Shown here piece after piece: positions 60,776-64,000 of a stretch of 64,000 nucleotides of DNA; positions within the stretch are counted from its first letter, which is position 1, and the number at the start of each line of letters is the position of its first letter. The DNA lies in NCBI GenBank assembly GCA_025786725.1, contig JAHLTZ010000002.1, forward strand, positions 868,001-932,000. Direction: 5' to 3'. The stretch comes from Syncephalis fuscata S228 (taxonomy: Eukaryota; Fungi; Zoopagomycota). Both the position numbers and the translations under genes were made by a program. The notes under the pieces are model-generated. The model was not told the DNA's origin, ran no database searches, and was given only the letters and a program-made list of their open reading frames with translations.

Positions 60776-61508
60776 ATGTACTTCGCACAATCATAACAGT
60801 AGGTGTTGCGTTCTATTTAGTGTATACAGCTATAGCCAGTGAAGATGTAGATATTGCGCTATTGACACCAGCTAATTTTAATAAGGAAAGTCTTGGTCAG
60901 CTCTAAAATATACTGTATTTATTCGTATACAATAGATCGTTGATGGAAGTAAATGTGTTTTTGTAAACTTCTATACTTTATATTGCTTCCATTACAAACT
61001 CCTAGCTTCAGCAAGCCATTTTTATAGAAAAATAACAGTTGCTTTTGCCAGACAAGAAAACATGCATATTTATTTATTGTTTGAAATTATAGATAAAAGT
61101 TAATGATCTATCGTGTAGGTGACTATTGCATCATTGAGTGTTTTACTATGCATTAGTAAAACAGTTTGCTGTGGCATCTAGAAATAAACAATGATCGATT
61201 ATTGAAAAAGCAACAAGATTGATCGAAACTATAGACTTGGAATAAGTATTAAAACTTAAATAGCACGCTATATACTCAACCAATAATTTTATAGTGAGGT
61301 TAGATGTTGTATTAAAGTAATGAACGATATTTACAAAGTGCCAGATTATGCTACGAAATAATTACAACGTATTAGCAACATGCTACATAATGATGCTGCC
61401 GTTGATAATGAGTTCGATTTTTGTACTATTCATCAAAATATTTTTCGCTACTTTAAAGCAAATACAAGAATTGAAGTTGACAAAAAACATGATGGCCTCT
61501 CGTCATAG
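60776..61508 (+). pseudogene. Decayed protein disulfide isomerase (ERp38/TigA-like: thioredoxin + ERp29 C-domain)
   Basis: LTPANFNK-IVDGSKCVFVNFYTLYCFHYKLLA (WCGHC degraded). IKVMNDI...DYATK*LQRISNML...HQNIFRYF with TAA at 61359. Terminal HDGL resembles an eroded HDEL. Broken splice donor (GAAAGT). Confidence 0.75.
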
Positions 61509-61855
61509 CGATAACAACTTATAATAATAGTTATAATGCTGATGAAAACAATCCAACAGCTAATTAGCTCTTATTTGCTCAATGAAATGGCCTAGTTTGC
61601 GCTATTTAAGTTTATATAAAACATAATTCATCATGTTATTAAATACCACACAAAACGACTCAATTTAGATGCATGCATCTGGGCACTTTGTTACTTTTCT
61701 TTTTGCATTCGTTCCTTCAAACTATTTACTACCCATCCATACATTCTTATAGCCTTGCTACGACCAGTGATCTTTCTAAAGCATATAGCTACTTTTGATA
61801 GCAACGCGTTATTATTGCCATAACAAAGTCTATCTGTAATACACTTTAACCGACC

Positions 61856-62627
61856 ATGAGTGACATTGAAGGCTCAGGAGGATTAGATGACGATCTATCT
61901 CTACCAAAAGGTAAATCATATTATAGCTGCAATAACAACTCTATTAAAGACTACGCGCTAACTGCTTCTATATTTTGTATCATTGTTTTTATATTAGCAA
62001 CCGTGCAAAAACTTATCAATGAAATGATGCCGTCAGATATTTCCTGCGCCAAAGAGACACGCGATTTGTTAATTGAATGCTGTGTTGGTAAGAAGAAGAG
62101 CTGTCATAGAGACGGAACAGCTACTGAGCTGCGCTAATACGGTATTTATTAGAGTTTATTCATTTAATTGCCTCAGAAGCAAACGAGATTTGTGAAAAGG
62201 AAGCAAAGAAGACGATTGCACCAGAACATGTTTTATCGGCACTTAAGGTAAGCTTATTGATTGATATAGCACTATTTGTAATCTATTACTGATTGCTGCT
62301 TGTACTATACATCATGTATATAGGCACTTGGATTTGAGACGTATTTAAACGAGGTACAAGAAGCATGCGAGGAACATCGACAGCATCAAAAGGTACATGT
62401 TTATTTTTAACGACAATGACTACGTACTAATACCTAGTTAACTACTAACTACAACATTAATGGTAATAATATAGGTGCGAGAGCGTAAATCTTCTAAATT
62501 GACAAAATCCGGTATGTCCGAAGAAGAGCTATTGAGAATGCAACAGGAACTATTTAGTCAAGCAAGACAACGAATGGAGGCCAACCAGGGCGGTTCATCG
62601 GGAACACAGCCGCCGACATCTGAGTGA
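61856..62627 (+). CDS. NCB2: Negative cofactor 2 beta subunit (Dr1), histone-fold
   Basis: DDDLSLPKATVQKLI, CAKETRDLLIECCVEFIHLIASEANEICEKEAKKTIAPEHV and SEEELLRMQQELF. Confidence 0.95.
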
Positions 62628-62921
62628 CCAAAATGAATGTTAAAAGCACATTATGGTGGCTCTAGTAATAATAGTAGCCCCATTGCTAGCAATAGTATAG
62701 AGTTGCTTTTTGTATTTGAGTATCACGATAACATTGTATTTTGTCTAATACAATTGTATATCGAAATATTAAAATTGATTATTTGAACTATTTGTGTATT
62801 TATATTAACATTTTAATGCCAAGACCATTTCTATCTCCTTTCCACGACTAGTGCTTGTTGTGGCTGTTATTGCTTATCGTTACTACTGCCTTCTAGCACA
62901 CACACTTACTATTCATTTACT

Positions 62922-64000
62922 ATGGCAAATACGACGTTGAATCGCCGCCGCAATCAGTCAGAGGGACTGCAGGAAGAGGAAGACGTGTACGATTTGGACA
63001 ATATCACGCCACAGGTTAACAGCAGCACTTCATTGTCTGTATCTGCTTTTATCGCGCAGATATTCGTCCAGCTAAGCGTGTTATGGCTGGCCCTATGGGC
63101 ACCATTTGGACGCAAGCTACTAGATGATCCGGTTGTGCGTTTGCAAACTGCCATCTTAATACTTGGTATTGTTCGGATCGCTCAATGTGCACTGACAGCG
63201 AAATGTGGCGGCTACGCTGGCTGTTACACGGCTAAAGGAAGACGCGCAGGCAATACGGCCAATAGTTCCACTTCAAGATACCAGGTAAGCAATTTGTGCT
63301 AATAGACTGGCAGTGAAGTATTAATGGCTTTAATACTATTATAACTAGGCATGGATAACCACGGTTGGATTAACGCTGGCTGGCACAGTACTGCTACATA
63401 TTATGGCCATTCTTTTCGGCGCTCAACTTGTTGGGTAAGTTGCAACAGCAAGAATAATTATAGATTACACGGCAATGAACCATAGTCCAGTATAAGCATT
63501 TATTAATACTAAAACACTATGTCAAACATAGTCAATTCTCGCAAACATGGCATGGTGCTTTATTTATATCATTAATGGCCGTAACACCAGTCGCAATCGT
63601 TCTTGGCAATCAATGGTCGGACTGGCTAAGAATATTTGGTGAACATCGGTAGGTTGTTGTTATTACAAGTTATCAATTATAGCATATTTACGGTAATCAA
63701 CCAATATCAATAATGATTGTTTAGACCAGAATACGCACTGGAACGTAGTATTTATTATCCATTAGTATTGACCATTGTAGGTGCATGGATAGGCGGAATA
63801 GTACTTCCATTAGATTGGGATAGACCATGGCAGGTACGAATACAACACTAGCAATAACGATAATATTTATGATCAATCTATAACATACTATATACTTACA
63901 CAAACTATACATATATTGGTTGATTAGGCATGGCCTATTCCATCTGTGGTAGGCGCTACCGGTGGTTATACAGCTGGTCTATTAATCTCTTTACTTATAA
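62922..64000 (+). CDS. GPI11: GPI ethanolamine-phosphate transferase accessory subunit PIG-F (3' end runs off the window)
   Basis: [34 protein letters not shown]; multi-TM. Confidence 0.9.

Overview
Gene-dense, intron-rich eukaryotic DNA from an early-diverging fungus. Evidence: short AT-rich GT-AG introns with CTAAY branch points and fungal-type genes; a Zoopagomycota-like origin is my inference only. Recognisable housekeeping genes are a receiver-domain cAMP phosphodiesterase, EMC2, a SAM-domain kinesin-13, ALG2, Vts1/Smaug, PP1, PWP2, FAH, an aldehyde dehydrogenase, POLG/MIP1, SEC23, a histidine acid phosphatase, a PIG3-like quinone oxidoreductase, NC2beta and a partial PIG-F. The main discovery is hidden from the ORF track. 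At 12190-12899 (-), four exons splice into a selenoprotein H orthologue with an in-frame UGA in its redox motif (EHCKS-U-RVYGRNA), followed by a SECIS-like stem-loop in the 3' UTR. This suggests selenocysteine recoding in this fungus. Next to it is an accessory island (13-22 kb). There, three direct copies of a ~520 bp solo-LTR-like repeat bracket a secreted 6-Cys peptide and a secreted SOD-fold protein with two His->Tyr changes at copper ligands. Also present: two paralogous signal peptide + ectodomain + 7TM receptor-like genes, a protein with tandem GoLoco-like (D/N)QR repeats, a small secreted protein with a GC-AG intron, and a decayed PDI pseudogene. Six single-base deletions interrupt five genes and are probably long-read assembly errors. 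No tRNA, rRNA or CRISPR array was recognised.
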